IMG/VR virus record: IMGVR_UViG_3300009167_000007
Span: 6,126 to 70,125 of that record
DNA: 64,000 nucleotides
Strand: one strand, 5' to 3'
From: a virus
Each line of letters begins with the position of its first letter. Position 1 is the first letter of the stretch. Both the position numbers and the translations under genes were made by a program. This document shows positions 19,625-28,317 of the stretch, piece after piece. The notes under the pieces are model-generated. The model saw only the letters and a list, made by a program, of their open reading frames with translations, had not been told where the DNA came from and did not search any database.

Positions 19625-19963
19625 TCAGTCTTCTTCGATGGGTTCATCCGCCGTGTAGTTGCTGTCACTGAGAACCTCGGGGCGGAACTTGCCGAGGCGC
19701 TCCGGCTTGCACTGAGAGCACATGCGGCCAAGCTCGATGCCGCGTGCGTCGTATTCCCATTCCGATTCCAGCCCGCTGCCACAAGGGCATGGGTGCAAAG
19801 CAATGGTCGTTTCGTGGGTGCATTCGACCACCTCCGCCTCGATGTTTCCGGTGAGCAAACCGTTGTCCAGCAGATGCTCCGCCGCACGGTGCAGTTGCTG
19901 GCACAGTTCCTCCGCGTGCTGCGTGCTGCTGTACTCGACGAACAGCTTCAGTGTAATGGTCAT
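19625..19963 (-). CDS. SEC-C-like zinc-motif protein
   Basis: PCPCGSG..YDARGI..CSQC. Confidence 0.65.
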   Translation of the reverse strand: MTITLKLFVEYSSTQHAEELCQQLHRAAEHLLDNGLLTGNIEAEVVECTHETTIALHPCPCGSGLESEWEYDARGIELGRMCSQCKPERLGKFRPEVLSDSNYTADEPIEED

Positions 19964-20223
19964 GGTGTGATTCCTTTCACTTTGGCTAGGGTGGAGCGAG
20001 CGGCATTTACATCGAAGCCCTCGCATTCTTCGCTGAACCATTCATCCGGCGCGTTATCAATCCGTTGAATGATAGTCTGCAATGCCTCCGCAAGTTCGTC
20101 CCGCTGTTCGCGCAGCACCCGTAGTTGATCCTGCAAGCCAGCGACTTCAGCTTCGTGCAGGGTGGGATACTCCCGCCCGTTGTAGATGTAGGCGTCGTGC
20201 GCCCCGTCGTAGGTGATGATCAT
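19960..20223 (-). CDS. Hypothetical protein
   Basis: ATGA coupling on both sides. Confidence 0.6.
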   Translation of the reverse strand: MIITYDGAHDAYIYNGREYPTLHEAEVAGLQDQLRVLREQRDELAEALQTIIQRIDNAPDEWFSEECEGFDVNAARSTLAKVKGITP

Positions 20224-20459
20224 GGTTTCTCCCCCATCAGTTTCCACGCCAGCCCCGCCGCCCGATCCTGTCGGGTAGCCAGCAGGTCCGCATCGTGGGC
20301 GAGTTCGGCACGTTGAGCCTTCGTGGGTTTGCCTCTGCCAGAGAGAACGTCGGAGCAGCACAGCAGGGCAAATCCCCCTTCGTGCAGCGCCCGATACATT
20401 CTCCGCAGTTCGGAGCGTTTGATTCGGATGGTTTCTGTCTTCTTCGCGGGTTTGGTCAT
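20220..20459 (-). CDS. Hypothetical protein
   Basis: RBS GGAGG, ATGA coupling. Confidence 0.6.
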   Translation of the reverse strand: MTKPAKKTETIRIKRSELRRMYRALHEGGFALLCCSDVLSGRGKPTKAQRAELAHDADLLATRQDRAAGLAWKLMGEKP

Positions 20460-20704
20460 GCCTCCTCCTTCTCCCACTTTTCGTGGGCTTCCATCGCCTT
20501 AAACGTGGGACCCAGCGACTCCCCGATGAGGTAGCTCAGATGTCCGACGATGCACTTGACCGCCGGATGATCGCGGACTTCGCCGGGACTCAGTTCGGTG
20601 ATGGCTTCGCCCAGGCACCGGATGAGGGCATAGCTGTTGCTCATGCCATTGTTGCATCCCTCCGCCAGCGCAGCGAGCTTCGGGCATTCAGTCTTGGTTT
20701 TCAT
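20456..20704 (-). CDS. Hypothetical protein
   Basis: ATGA coupling. Confidence 0.6.
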   Translation of the reverse strand: MKTKTECPKLAALAEGCNNGMSNSYALIRCLGEAITELSPGEVRDHPAVKCIVGHLSYLIGESLGPTFKAMEAHEKWEKEEA

Positions 20705-20916
20705 GGATTGCTCAGTCTTTCCGTCTTGGTTTGCTTTGCCCACTCCCGGATATTGGAAATGGTCATAGGTGTGGTGTGCTCCGCCAGAATATCCCAGGCG
20801 TGCATGGCACCCATGACGAAGCAGTTCCGCTCCGCTTGGGTCCACAGGGTTTCCGGTTCGTTGTCGTGGAAGCGGACGATGAGTCTCGCCAGCTTCGTCA
20901 TGGATCGTTTGGTCAT
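20701..20916 (-). CDS. Hypothetical protein
   Basis: ATGA coupling, RBS. Confidence 0.6.
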   Translation of the reverse strand: MTKRSMTKLARLIVRFHDNEPETLWTQAERNCFVMGAMHAWDILAEHTTPMTISNIREWAKQTKTERLSNP

Positions 20917-21410
20917 GGTGTTCCTTCCTTTCGTTTCTCCAGCAGCCGGGCAATCTCGCCGCACCGCTTGAGCGCCTCCCGCTTGGTAGCATAGAGTTCC
21001 TCATTCCAGGCCACCGTGTTTGCCTGCCACTGGACTTTCCAGCGCATTCGTCTCGGCGGTTCATCTCCGCATCCCTCGGTCCATTCCACGCACGGGATTA
21101 GACGGAACCGCTTCTCGTTCCACGGCGTCAGCTTCCACTGCTCGCAAGTGTGGGGCACGAATACTGGGCCGTCCTCGCCGCTGGTTAAGAATCCCGTGAT
21201 GATTGCACCTTTGTGTCTGGTCCGCGCCGGCACCGAGAAGAACGTGTCCGCGTATCCGGTGGCGTAGGCCGTGTGCTTGAAGTTCGTGCCCTTGATCGGG
21301 CAGTTCTCCACCTTGGCGTAAGGCCCGAGGCAATCCATCGGACCGCCCGGTGCCCATCCGACCGCTCCGTTCGTGAAGTCGCGCCTGACTCTGGCAATGA
21401 ATCTCTGCAT
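20913..21410 (-). CDS. Hypothetical protein
   Basis: RBS AAGGAG before the ATG at 21410. Confidence 0.65.
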   Translation of the reverse strand: MQRFIARVRRDFTNGAVGWAPGGPMDCLGPYAKVENCPIKGTNFKHTAYATGYADTFFSVPARTRHKGAIITGFLTSGEDGPVFVPHTCEQWKLTPWNEKRFRLIPCVEWTEGCGDEPPRRMRWKVQWQANTVAWNEELYATKREALKRCGEIARLLEKRKEGTP

Positions 21411-21420
21411 GTGGTTCTCC

Positions 21421-21771
21421 TTACAGTGTGGTGAACGGAAAAGCCACCGGCACATACCGGCGACCGTCAATCTCGATGGTGGTCAGCTCCCCTGGACAGC
21501 ACGCGCAGAGTTCAGCGACCAGCCTGACATCCTCCCGAAGTTCGGGATTGGTGGCGATACCCTGTTCATCCACCTCGATGAACTTCAGGTGCATGAGGAT
21601 ACGGGTCTTGCCCTTGTAGTGCAGCTCCATCTTCTGGTAGAGTTGTGTTTCCATGTCCTCCCCGTTGAAGTCCCCATCTTCTTGAAGGGGACCGACGTCA
21701 ATCATTTCGATGACGGTTTCGTGATGGTCAATCATAGGTAATAGTGATTCGGTGAGGATGGCGGTGATCAT
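21421..21771 (-). CDS. Hypothetical acidic protein
   Basis: ORF tiles the operon. Confidence 0.6.
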   Translation of the reverse strand: MITAILTESLLPMIDHHETVIEMIDVGPLQEDGDFNGEDMETQLYQKMELHYKGKTRILMHLKFIEVDEQGIATNPELREDVRLVAELCACCPGELTTIEIDGRRYVPVAFPFTTL

Positions 21772-22046
21772 TCGCCGGCATCCCATTGCGCGTCCCGGAC
21801 TTCCTGGATGGCGTCGAGCAGTTCATTGTGGCGATTCTCCGCCTCACTGGCCTTGTCCATCGCGTTCAGTTCGGCATTCAACTCCGCCTGTTGCTGGCGG
21901 TGGTTCTCCATGTACCGGAGATGTTGTTCGTGACGGTATTCCCGAAAGGCGATGCCGTCTGAACGATCTTTCCACCACGTGCCGATTCCGATGGCGGCAC
22001 CGACGGCCACGATGGCGAGGAATATCTTGGCTGCTTTCTTGTTCAT
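21768..22046 (-). CDS. Small membrane-anchored coiled-coil protein
   Basis: N-terminal TM segment IFLAIVAVGAAIGIG followed by a coiled coil. Confidence 0.65.
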   Translation of the reverse strand: MNKKAAKIFLAIVAVGAAIGIGTWWKDRSDGIAFREYRHEQHLRYMENHRQQQAELNAELNAMDKASEAENRHNELLDAIQEVRDAQWDAGE

Positions 22047-22069
22047 GTGTTTCTTGTTTCGTTAGGGGT

Positions 22070-22285
22070 TTAGTAAAGGATGGCCGTTTCCAGTTCGGCG
22101 CGCTTGTCATTCCACGCCTCCGCCTCGTCCGGCTTGCGCTCCAGCGAAGCGAGGCTGGCCCGCGTGTCGTACCAGTCGAGCGATGCGAAGATGACTTCGT
22201 CCCGGCGCTTGTTGCCGATCCACTGTGACGGCACGCCGTGACGGATGGCGATCCTGCGGATGAGGGAGACGGGCTTTGGCTTCAT
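22070..22285 (-). CDS. Hypothetical protein
   Basis: ORF tiles the operon. Confidence 0.5.
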   Translation of the reverse strand: MKPKPVSLIRRIAIRHGVPSQWIGNKRRDEVIFASLDWYDTRASLASLERKPDEAEAWNDKRAELETAILY

Positions 22286-22293
22286 GGTTCGGT

Positions 22294-22638
22294 TCAGTTG
22301 CAGACGAGTCCCCGGCACCCGATGGGCTGACCCTGTTCGTTGCGGATCAGTTCACCCGGAGAGAACAGGTCCCGCCGCCACGCCAGCGCCTGCCGCACCA
22401 GTGTCGAGACGATCCAGCCCACGCCGTCCTGTGGTGCGGGCAAGCCGACAATCTCGCCCGGCTCCATGACATAGACCGGGATGCCGTTGACCGTGAGTTC
22501 GAGGTGATTCTCCGTCCCGATGCGGGCGACGGTGCCGTCCGGGTTGAGGATGGCGAGCGGACCTTGCGATACGTCATCGCCATAGACGGAGACTTGGTGC
22601 GAGGTGAGATTGATGAGCTTGAGTGTCTTCTTTTCCAT
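22294..22638 (-). CDS. Conserved phage protein (NLT-H family)
   Basis: LINLTSHQV..GLPAP.DG..IVS..R.DL..P..IGCRGL pattern. Confidence 0.7.
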   Translation of the reverse strand: MEKKTLKLINLTSHQVSVYGDDVSQGPLAILNPDGTVARIGTENHLELTVNGIPVYVMEPGEIVGLPAPQDGVGWIVSTLVRQALAWRRDLFSPGELIRNEQGQPIGCRGLVCN

Positions 22639-22712
22639 GTTTTTCCTTGGGTTGTTGTTGTCTCTGAACCGAAGGCAACCCCGGAGGATGAACCCCGGGG
22701 CTGGTGTTCGTG

Positions 22713-23534
22713 TCAGACGACGGCGGATTCGAGTTCCGCGATGATCGCCTTCGCCTTGGCGGCTGCGCCTTCGAGCGTGCGCCATTCGGGCGTGCTCCAC
22801 GAAGCGCACGGCACCACGTACGCTCCCGGCTCGGGTGTCGGGTCTTCAGGGTAACCGTAGGATTTCCCGCCCCGACGTTCCCATTCCGCGTCTGTTCCGA
22901 GTTCGTGCGTCCGGAAGCAAAGCCGCCGGAGCATGCTCGGATGGCACAGGGCGAAGGCGATCCGGTCCAGATCCAGGCTGTCCTCCGCCCGCTTGACCAT
23001 GATGCGGTTGGTGTAGGTGTTCCCCTTGCCGCTGGGCGAGGCGTTCACCGTGTGGTCCGCCTCGATTTCGCAGCGAACGCCCGATGCTTCGAGTCCGTCC
23101 ACCACGGCCACGATGGCCGCACCCTTGCGGAAGATGGTCTCGGCGCTCACGCCGCAACTGGCCGAGATGCTCACGATCAGCTTGACGACGGGGTGCGCCT
23201 TGGGCATGAGCGGATACTCGATCCAGTGCTCCGGGTCGCCGTCCAGAAACAGACCGACTTCGACATCATCTCCGCTGTCCGACAGCCGGGAATTCATTTC
23301 ATCCCCGACGTTCAGGACTGCTTTGATGGCGGTGAACTGCGCTCTGATCTGCTCCAGCCCTTCCGGCCAGCCCTTCCGGGCAAGGTCAAGCGCCTCGGCG
23401 TAGGTGGCGGTCTGGCTGAAGCCGTCGCGGTCCGGCCATTCAGACTGGCGCGATTGCGGGCTGACCGTGGCCGGCTGTCCGACGTGCGCCAGCCACGCGT
23501 CCCACGTGTACCGTTCCAGGTGTTCGGTCTTCAT
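22713..23534 (-). CDS. VWA-like partner of the second AAA ATPase
   Basis: VSISASCG degenerate MIDAS, LDLDRIAFALCHPSMLRR; translationally coupled to the AAA gene. Confidence 0.7.
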   Translation of the reverse strand: MKTEHLERYTWDAWLAHVGQPATVSPQSRQSEWPDRDGFSQTATYAEALDLARKGWPEGLEQIRAQFTAIKAVLNVGDEMNSRLSDSGDDVEVGLFLDGDPEHWIEYPLMPKAHPVVKLIVSISASCGVSAETIFRKGAAIVAVVDGLEASGVRCEIEADHTVNASPSGKGNTYTNRIMVKRAEDSLDLDRIAFALCHPSMLRRLCFRTHELGTDAEWERRGGKSYGYPEDPTPEPGAYVVPCASWSTPEWRTLEGAAAKAKAIIAELESAVV

Positions 23535-24514
23535 GATTCATGATGATTGAGAACCCAGGTTTCGATCTTCGTGCGGGTGGCGGAATCCATGCCCCTCCAG
23601 AGAATGCCCGCTTCGACGTGCGTCCGGCCCACGCCTGCCGCAAAGAGCTTGTTACCCTCGATCACGGCCCGGGGCGAGACGATGACTTCCAAGCCCAAGG
23701 CTTCGACGGCCCGGCTGACACCGTAAACCCGGCGGAACCAGTCGGCGGCAGAGAGAAGTCCACCTTCGGCGAGGTTCAGTTCGGGACTCGGGAAGTCCGG
23801 GACTCCCGACAGGCTGGCGGTGAGACCCCAGTCGTATCCCCATTCCACCACGAACAGGCGGTCAAGGGACGCGGCGTCCAGTTGATTCCGTCCCACGTAC
23901 TTGCGATCCCGTCCCCGACCGTAGGTATTCATCCCGAAGACGGCCCGGAATCCACCGTGCTTGGAGAGCATCCCGTCCACCGTGTTGAAGTGTCCGTTGG
24001 CGAGCACCATGTTGATGCCCGTCACGATGCCCGGGTGGCCGGCATCCAGTTCATCCCCCAGGAAGACCTTGCCGTCCCGGGCGGACCGGACCAGACCCGT
24101 GTCGTGATACTTGCCGCTGGCGTCCCGCATGCCGAACAAATCCGACTTGGACGTCGTTGGCCCGAAGGACACGGCTTCAAACCCCATGCCCAGGACTTCT
24201 GCCGCCATGGCAGCCGCCGTGGTCTTCCCGGAACCCGCCGGGCCGACCAGCGCCACGTTGACGCCCGCCTTCATGGCGGCCACCAGCAAGGGCAGCAGGT
24301 AGTGACCACGCTTCCCGTCCGGCAGGGTAACGGCTGCCGCCGTGGTCTTTGGCGCTTCGCTCCGCGCCTTGTGGATCGCCTCCATTTTGAGGCGTTCCTG
24401 TTCCGCCATCTCCCGCGCCTTTTCCTCCCGCTTCCGGGTGGCGGCTTCGAGCAAATGCTCAACGATTTCATCCGTGCTATATCCCGCACGGCTGAGACTT
24501 TCGATCTTGGTCAT
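23531..24514 (-). CDS. Second MoxR/CbbQ-type AAA+ ATPase
   Basis: GPAGSGKT, FLGDELD, MNTYG, YVGRNQLDAASLDR, SPRA. Confidence 0.92.
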   Translation of the reverse strand: MTKIESLSRAGYSTDEIVEHLLEAATRKREEKAREMAEQERLKMEAIHKARSEAPKTTAAAVTLPDGKRGHYLLPLLVAAMKAGVNVALVGPAGSGKTTAAAMAAEVLGMGFEAVSFGPTTSKSDLFGMRDASGKYHDTGLVRSARDGKVFLGDELDAGHPGIVTGINMVLANGHFNTVDGMLSKHGGFRAVFGMNTYGRGRDRKYVGRNQLDAASLDRLFVVEWGYDWGLTASLSGVPDFPSPELNLAEGGLLSAADWFRRVYGVSRAVEALGLEVIVSPRAVIEGNKLFAAGVGRTHVEAGILWRGMDSATRTKIETWVLNHHES

Positions 24515-24542
24515 GATTTCCTTTCGCGTTTTAGTTCACCGC

Positions 24543-24695
24543 TTACAGTTCGTCCGCGATGAAGATGGTGCCGTTGCGGGCAGCGCGAATCAGGTGAGCT
24601 TCCCGGCAGTTCTCCGGCAGATTCCGGACGGTGGCAGCCAAGATCAGCCGATTGATTTGTTCCGGGGTGAGCCGGCGCTTTTTGGCATGTTTCAT
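24543..24695 (-). CDS. Small hypothetical protein
   Basis: RBS AAGGA, ATG at 24695. Confidence 0.45.
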   Translation of the reverse strand: MKHAKKRRLTPEQINRLILAATVRNLPENCREAHLIRAARNGTIFIADEL

Positions 24696-24852
24696 TGGTT
24701 CCTTGTGATTGAACGGTTCCCCCATCCCTCTTTGGCTCTGGGCTTGGGACCAGCACCGGACGCACAATTTGCCCGGCGGCGAGGTTAGGAACGCACGGCG
24801 GCCCCTTGGCGGACCACCGTGCGCGGTTCTGGCGGAGTGTGGCTAAGGTGGG

Positions 24853-25131
24853 TCACTCCCCCACGATGGCCTTGATCTCTGCCTCGGTCTTGCCCATGGC
24901 GCGGAGCCGGGCGATGATCCCGCTGTAGTCGGGCTTGCTGGCCGGCTTGTGATGCTTCCCGACAAACGCCTTGACGGCTTCCGCGTTGGCGAGGAAGGCC
25001 CGGCACTTGCGGACGCCGAACTGGATGCCCGGCTTGGCCGAGTCATCGGGATCGGGCAGCGTGATGACCGGCTTGCCCTTGAACGAGGCTTCCGCCGGGG
25101 CGGACACTGCGGGAATGCTGCTGGTGTACAT
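24853..25131 (-). CDS. Small early protein (possible PC4-like fold) with C-terminal helical module
   Basis: FKGKPVI..QFGVRK..VKAFV; C-terminus similar to that of 25646-26086. Confidence 0.7.
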   Translation of the reverse strand: MYTSSIPAVSAPAEASFKGKPVITLPDPDDSAKPGIQFGVRKCRAFLANAEAVKAFVGKHHKPASKPDYSGIIARLRAMGKTEAEIKAIVGE

Positions 25132-25253
25132 GATGCTTTGCTTTCGACTTCTGCTTGTTGCGGTTTACGGGAGGACCATCCTCCGTTCTGACACTCTGAG
25201 ATCAGGGGATCAGAAGGGAAGACCCGGAGCAAGGTCCGGGAATCTCCGGGAGA

Positions 25254-25649
25254 TCAGCGAAGGGCAAGGGGCAAATCCCACGAAGGACGGACTTCGCGCC
25301 GGCGTTCCTGATATTCCGGCGCGTTGCTGATCGTCACGGCCCGGCCCGCCCACCGTTCGGAGTCCAGCACGATCCGGCCCGCGGTCTGTTCCAGCTCGCC
25401 CAGAGTGAGCTTTCCAAGGCCAAGCTCCGGGATTTCGATCAAGGCTTCCCGTTCTTCCGCTTCGCCTTGGACGGTGAAGGGAACGATGAACTGGTGGACC
25501 GTAATGGTATGAAGGGAAAACTTCACGATGAACCTTTCAGTTTTGCCGGGAGAACCGTCCCGGCGCGGAACGACGACGTGAGATTCCCGGGCTTGCGACC
25601 GGGATGCCGCATTAGACGGGGCCGATCCCCGTTCGCTCTGCGCTTTCAA
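25254..25649 (-). CDS. Hypothetical protein
   Basis: TTG start overlapping upstream stop. Confidence 0.5.
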   Translation of the reverse strand: MKAQSERGSAPSNAASRSQARESHVVVPRRDGSPGKTERFIVKFSLHTITVHQFIVPFTVQGEAEEREALIEIPELGLGKLTLGELEQTAGRIVLDSERWAGRAVTISNAPEYQERRREVRPSWDLPLALR

Positions 25650-26086
25650 GCTCCGAGAATCTCGGCAATCTCGGCATCGGAGTGACCCTTGGCCTTGAGC
25701 CTCGCGATGATGCCCGACACGTCCGGCGCGGGAGCCGCGACCTTGATTTCGTCGGGGCGGACATAGGTGACATTCAACTTCTCACCCTTGCACAAGGGCT
25801 TTAACTCCGCCGGGACGAACCCCGCCGACCGTGCCGCCGACAGAATCCCGTCGTGCCGCACCCATGCCGCCTTGGCCAGATCGCCCCGGAAGGCCGCTTG
25901 GCGGAACCGCTTCAACGCCTTGCCCTTCAATCCATCGGCCCGGCCCGCTTCATTCAATTCCGCGTACGTTTTGCCAGCGAACGCCAGCACCGGGACGAAC
26001 CCTTTGCCGCGCTTCACCGTTGTCATGCCCGTACCTTCGGGAAGGGCGATACTCTTGGAACCGAGAACGATCATGCCTGTATTCAT
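25646..26086 (-). CDS. First early-operon protein with C-terminal helical module
   Basis: RBS AAGGA; PDVSGIIARLKAKGHSDAEI tail. Confidence 0.75.
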   Translation of the reverse strand: MNTGMIVLGSKSIALPEGTGMTTVKRGKGFVPVLAFAGKTYAELNEAGRADGLKGKALKRFRQAAFRGDLAKAAWVRHDGILSAARSAGFVPAELKPLCKGEKLNVTYVRPDEIKVAAPAPDVSGIIARLKAKGHSDAEIAEILGA

Positions 26087-26109
26087 TATGTTTTCCTTGT
26101 GCTGTGGTG

Positions 26110-26505
26110 ACCCTTGGCCAGAGCGTCATTGCTCTGTTTTCGTCTCACACTGCGCGGAAGTGTTCACCTTGGTGAGACTGGCAACGGGGCGAATGCCGTA
26201 AGCAAACACCCCTTTGCCGAAATAGCTCCCGCAGTACCCTAAGCAAAGCGGGAATAACGGAAGGCTTTCCCTTTGTTCAAGCTCTCACTGACAAGCAAGA
26301 GGGAACGGGAAAGCGCGTGCTCCTTTTGGCTGGAGCATGCAACCCTGTTTGACTTCAGACTTGACGGGATTCCCCCGTTGTCCTGCCACGTACTTCAGCA
26401 CAAACAGCAAACCAAGGCGTACGTTGAACCTTTATCCTTTCGGGCGTCCGCCCCGTCACGTAGGTCGATCAAGGCGCTTTTTGCAGCATGCCACACCTTG
26501 ATCAT
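26110..26505 (-). ncRNA. Candidate structured RNA / long 5' leader
   Basis: About eight consecutive stems, most G-U pairs favouring the - strand; no convincing ORF. Confidence 0.45.
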
Positions 26506-26831
26506 CCCCCACGCTCCAAGGGAAACGGCTTGCATGCCTCATGTTCCCCCTTGTATCGTCGCGGACAAAATCCCGGATTCAGCCCCGGGCTGGCCTCTTT
26601 TGCGCCAAATTTCCGCTTGGGCTTTCTCACTCACCGCCGCAGCCTTGTTTTCGCTGCTCGCCGTTGTCCCTTTGAAGGGCCGCTTCGGACTCACCCCACA
26701 AGGGGCATCCAATCTGCGGGGGACTCGGGCTTTCTGGCATCTAAGAGAGGTTTCGCCACTGAGGAAATTTGCCTAGCCTAATGAGAAAGAGCGTTGCGAT
26801 CCAGTGACCGCACAATCCAGAAAGTGTGGCT

Positions 26832-26933
26832 AAGTTGAGAGAAGTAACCCCAGATAAGAAGGGTAATGGGAGGGGGGGAGGGGTGGGAACGCCATCAGTG
26901 CCTGGGCATATAATACACCCCTTCTCTCAACTT
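26832..26933. repeat. 13-bp perfect inverted repeat enclosing a G-tract
   Basis: aagttgagagaag (26832-44) / cttctctcaactt (26921-33). Confidence 0.85.
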
Positions 26934-26953
26934 TCAGCCCCTTCCACCCAGTA

Positions 26954-27076
26954 AACAGAGGACACCGGGGAGGCGTCCGTTCCAGCAGGCAACCAGTGCG
27001 AGTGAACAGAGTGGTGGCGGGAACAGAGAACAGAGAGTCTCGCGCAGAGCCCCTTGGCGGTGAACAGAGAACAGAG
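26954..27076. repeat. Six AACAGAG direct repeats
   Basis: Copies at 26954, 27005, 27022, 27029, 27063, 27070. Confidence 0.85.
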
Positions 27077-27223
27077 GAAGGAGGACGCGCACAGCGGTGC
27101 GTACGACCCCTCGCGCTTGACGAGGACCGGGGCGCTCGGGGTACGGGGGCCGAGGCAAAAAGTCAAGCCTGAATCTGGCCTCTACCTCGCAAGTGCTTGA
27201 TCACCAACGAAAGATAGTTCCCT

Positions 27224-27448
27224 TCACTGATCCTCCTTCTGGAACCTCGGCGGTTTCAGGTCCCCCTTCCAGACCCATTCGGTCCTGCCGTGGTGGAAGG
27301 CAACGGTGGAACCGTCGGAGAGCGTGCGGGAGACGGTCTTCAGCCGGACTTCGTGGGGGGTCTCCTCAACGACTTCCATCACGAAGTCCAGCTTGTTGAT
27401 CCACCGGGTGTGGAGCAGGGGATCAGAAGTCCCGGTCGAGACATTCAT
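27224..27448 (-). CDS. Hypothetical protein
   Basis: Last gene of the replication block. Confidence 0.55.
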   Translation of the reverse strand: MNVSTGTSDPLLHTRWINKLDFVMEVVEETPHEVRLKTVSRTLSDGSTVAFHHGRTEWVWKGDLKPPRFQKEDQ

Positions 27449-27608
27449 AGTCCAAGGGTAACAGGGACGACCACTTCCAGAGACTCCGGACCCTGCCCTT
27501 CTGGAAGGGCTCGGGCACCAGCCGGATCTCGTCGCCCTTGATGAGAGTGACCCGGTAGAGCGTCCCCTTCTTCCGGTGTCTCCAGCGGGAATGGAGTTCA
27601 ATCTTCAT
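27423..27608 (-). CDS. Small SH3-like (DUF1653-like) protein
   Basis: WRHRKKGTLYRV motif. Confidence 0.5.
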   Translation of the reverse strand: MKIELHSRWRHRKKGTLYRVTLIKGDEIRLVPEPFQKGRVRSLWKWSSLLPLDYECLDRDF

Positions 27609-27774
27609 ACACGGCGGTGCTGTAGGCGATGGCTTCCTCCAGCTCATTCAGATGCTTCAGAGCCTGCTTCTTCGTGGCGAACCCGGGGATGGCGACCAGG
27701 AGCTTTCTCCCCTTCCGGATCGTGAGCCGGTGGGTGTCGTCGATGTCCTTCGTGATGGTGATGCTGTACTTCAT
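27598..27774 (-). CDS. Small hypothetical protein
   Basis: ATG at 27774; GFATKKQA motif. Confidence 0.55.
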   Translation of the reverse strand: MKYSITITKDIDDTHRLTIRKGRKLLVAIPGFATKKQALKHLNELEEAIAYSTAVYED

Positions 27775-27826
27775 GGGGTGTGTGAGTCCGGAGAGAGAGT
27801 GTGGGTCCCTCTCCGGAGTTGAGGGT

Positions 27827-28096
27827 TTAACCGCAACCGCTGCCCTTCTTTCCGCCCTTCGGCTTGCCTTTAGGCATGTGTGTCTCACCGCCTTTCGTGC
27901 CTGGTTGGCAAAGATACAGTCCGGCCAGGAGAATGCGGTGGATGTTCCGTCCCGGCAATGACAGAATGAACGCGGCGGGATGGGGCTGCCGCCAGCCGTG
28001 GAGCGACGGGCAGACCACGGCGAGATGGTTCTCCTGCGCCATGACCAGATGGTCGAGGGAAAGAATCCGGATGCCGCTGTGGTTCAGGGATGGCAT
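27827..28096 (-). CDS. Hypothetical protein, paralog of 28084-28317
   Basis: VCPS..W..P.PAA.IL.L.G..I.R.L..GLYL shared. Confidence 0.65.
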   Translation of the reverse strand: MPSLNHSGIRILSLDHLVMAQENHLAVVCPSLHGWRQPHPAAFILSLPGRNIHRILLAGLYLCQPGTKGGETHMPKGKPKGGKKGSGCG

Positions 28097-28317
28097 GAGG
28101 GACAGACGCCTCCCTTCTTCTCCGGCGGCGATGGCTTCTCATACAGGTAAAGCCCCTCCCGGAGCAGGCGCAGAATGATCTCCCCGGAGAGATTCAGGAT
28201 CACGGCGGCGGGGCGGGGCGTTCTCCAGCAGTACACGGAGGGGCAGACCAGGGACCTGCGGCCTTCCCGGGCCAGGGCAATGCCCTCCAGCGTGGTAACC
28301 CTGATTCCGGCGCTCAC
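28084..28317 (-). CDS. Hypothetical protein, paralog of 27827-28096
   Basis: GTG start overlapping upstream stop; shared motif. Confidence 0.65.
   Translation of the reverse strand: MSAGIRVTTLEGIALAREGRRSLVCPSVYCWRTPRPAAVILNLSGEIILRLLREGLYLYEKPSPPEKKGGVCPSCHP

Noticed and set aside
26110-26200. Stem followed by GAAA as a hammerhead ribozyme
   Set aside because: No CUGANGA core upstream of the stem
26273-26781. + strand ORFs in the non-coding gap
   Set aside because: Atypical composition, no RBS, opposite to the flanking operons; better explained as non-coding
24836-26834. 12-mer agtgtggctaag in two intergenic regions (24836, 26823)
   Set aside because: Only two exact copies, non-palindromic, no consistent position relative to genes; may be chance
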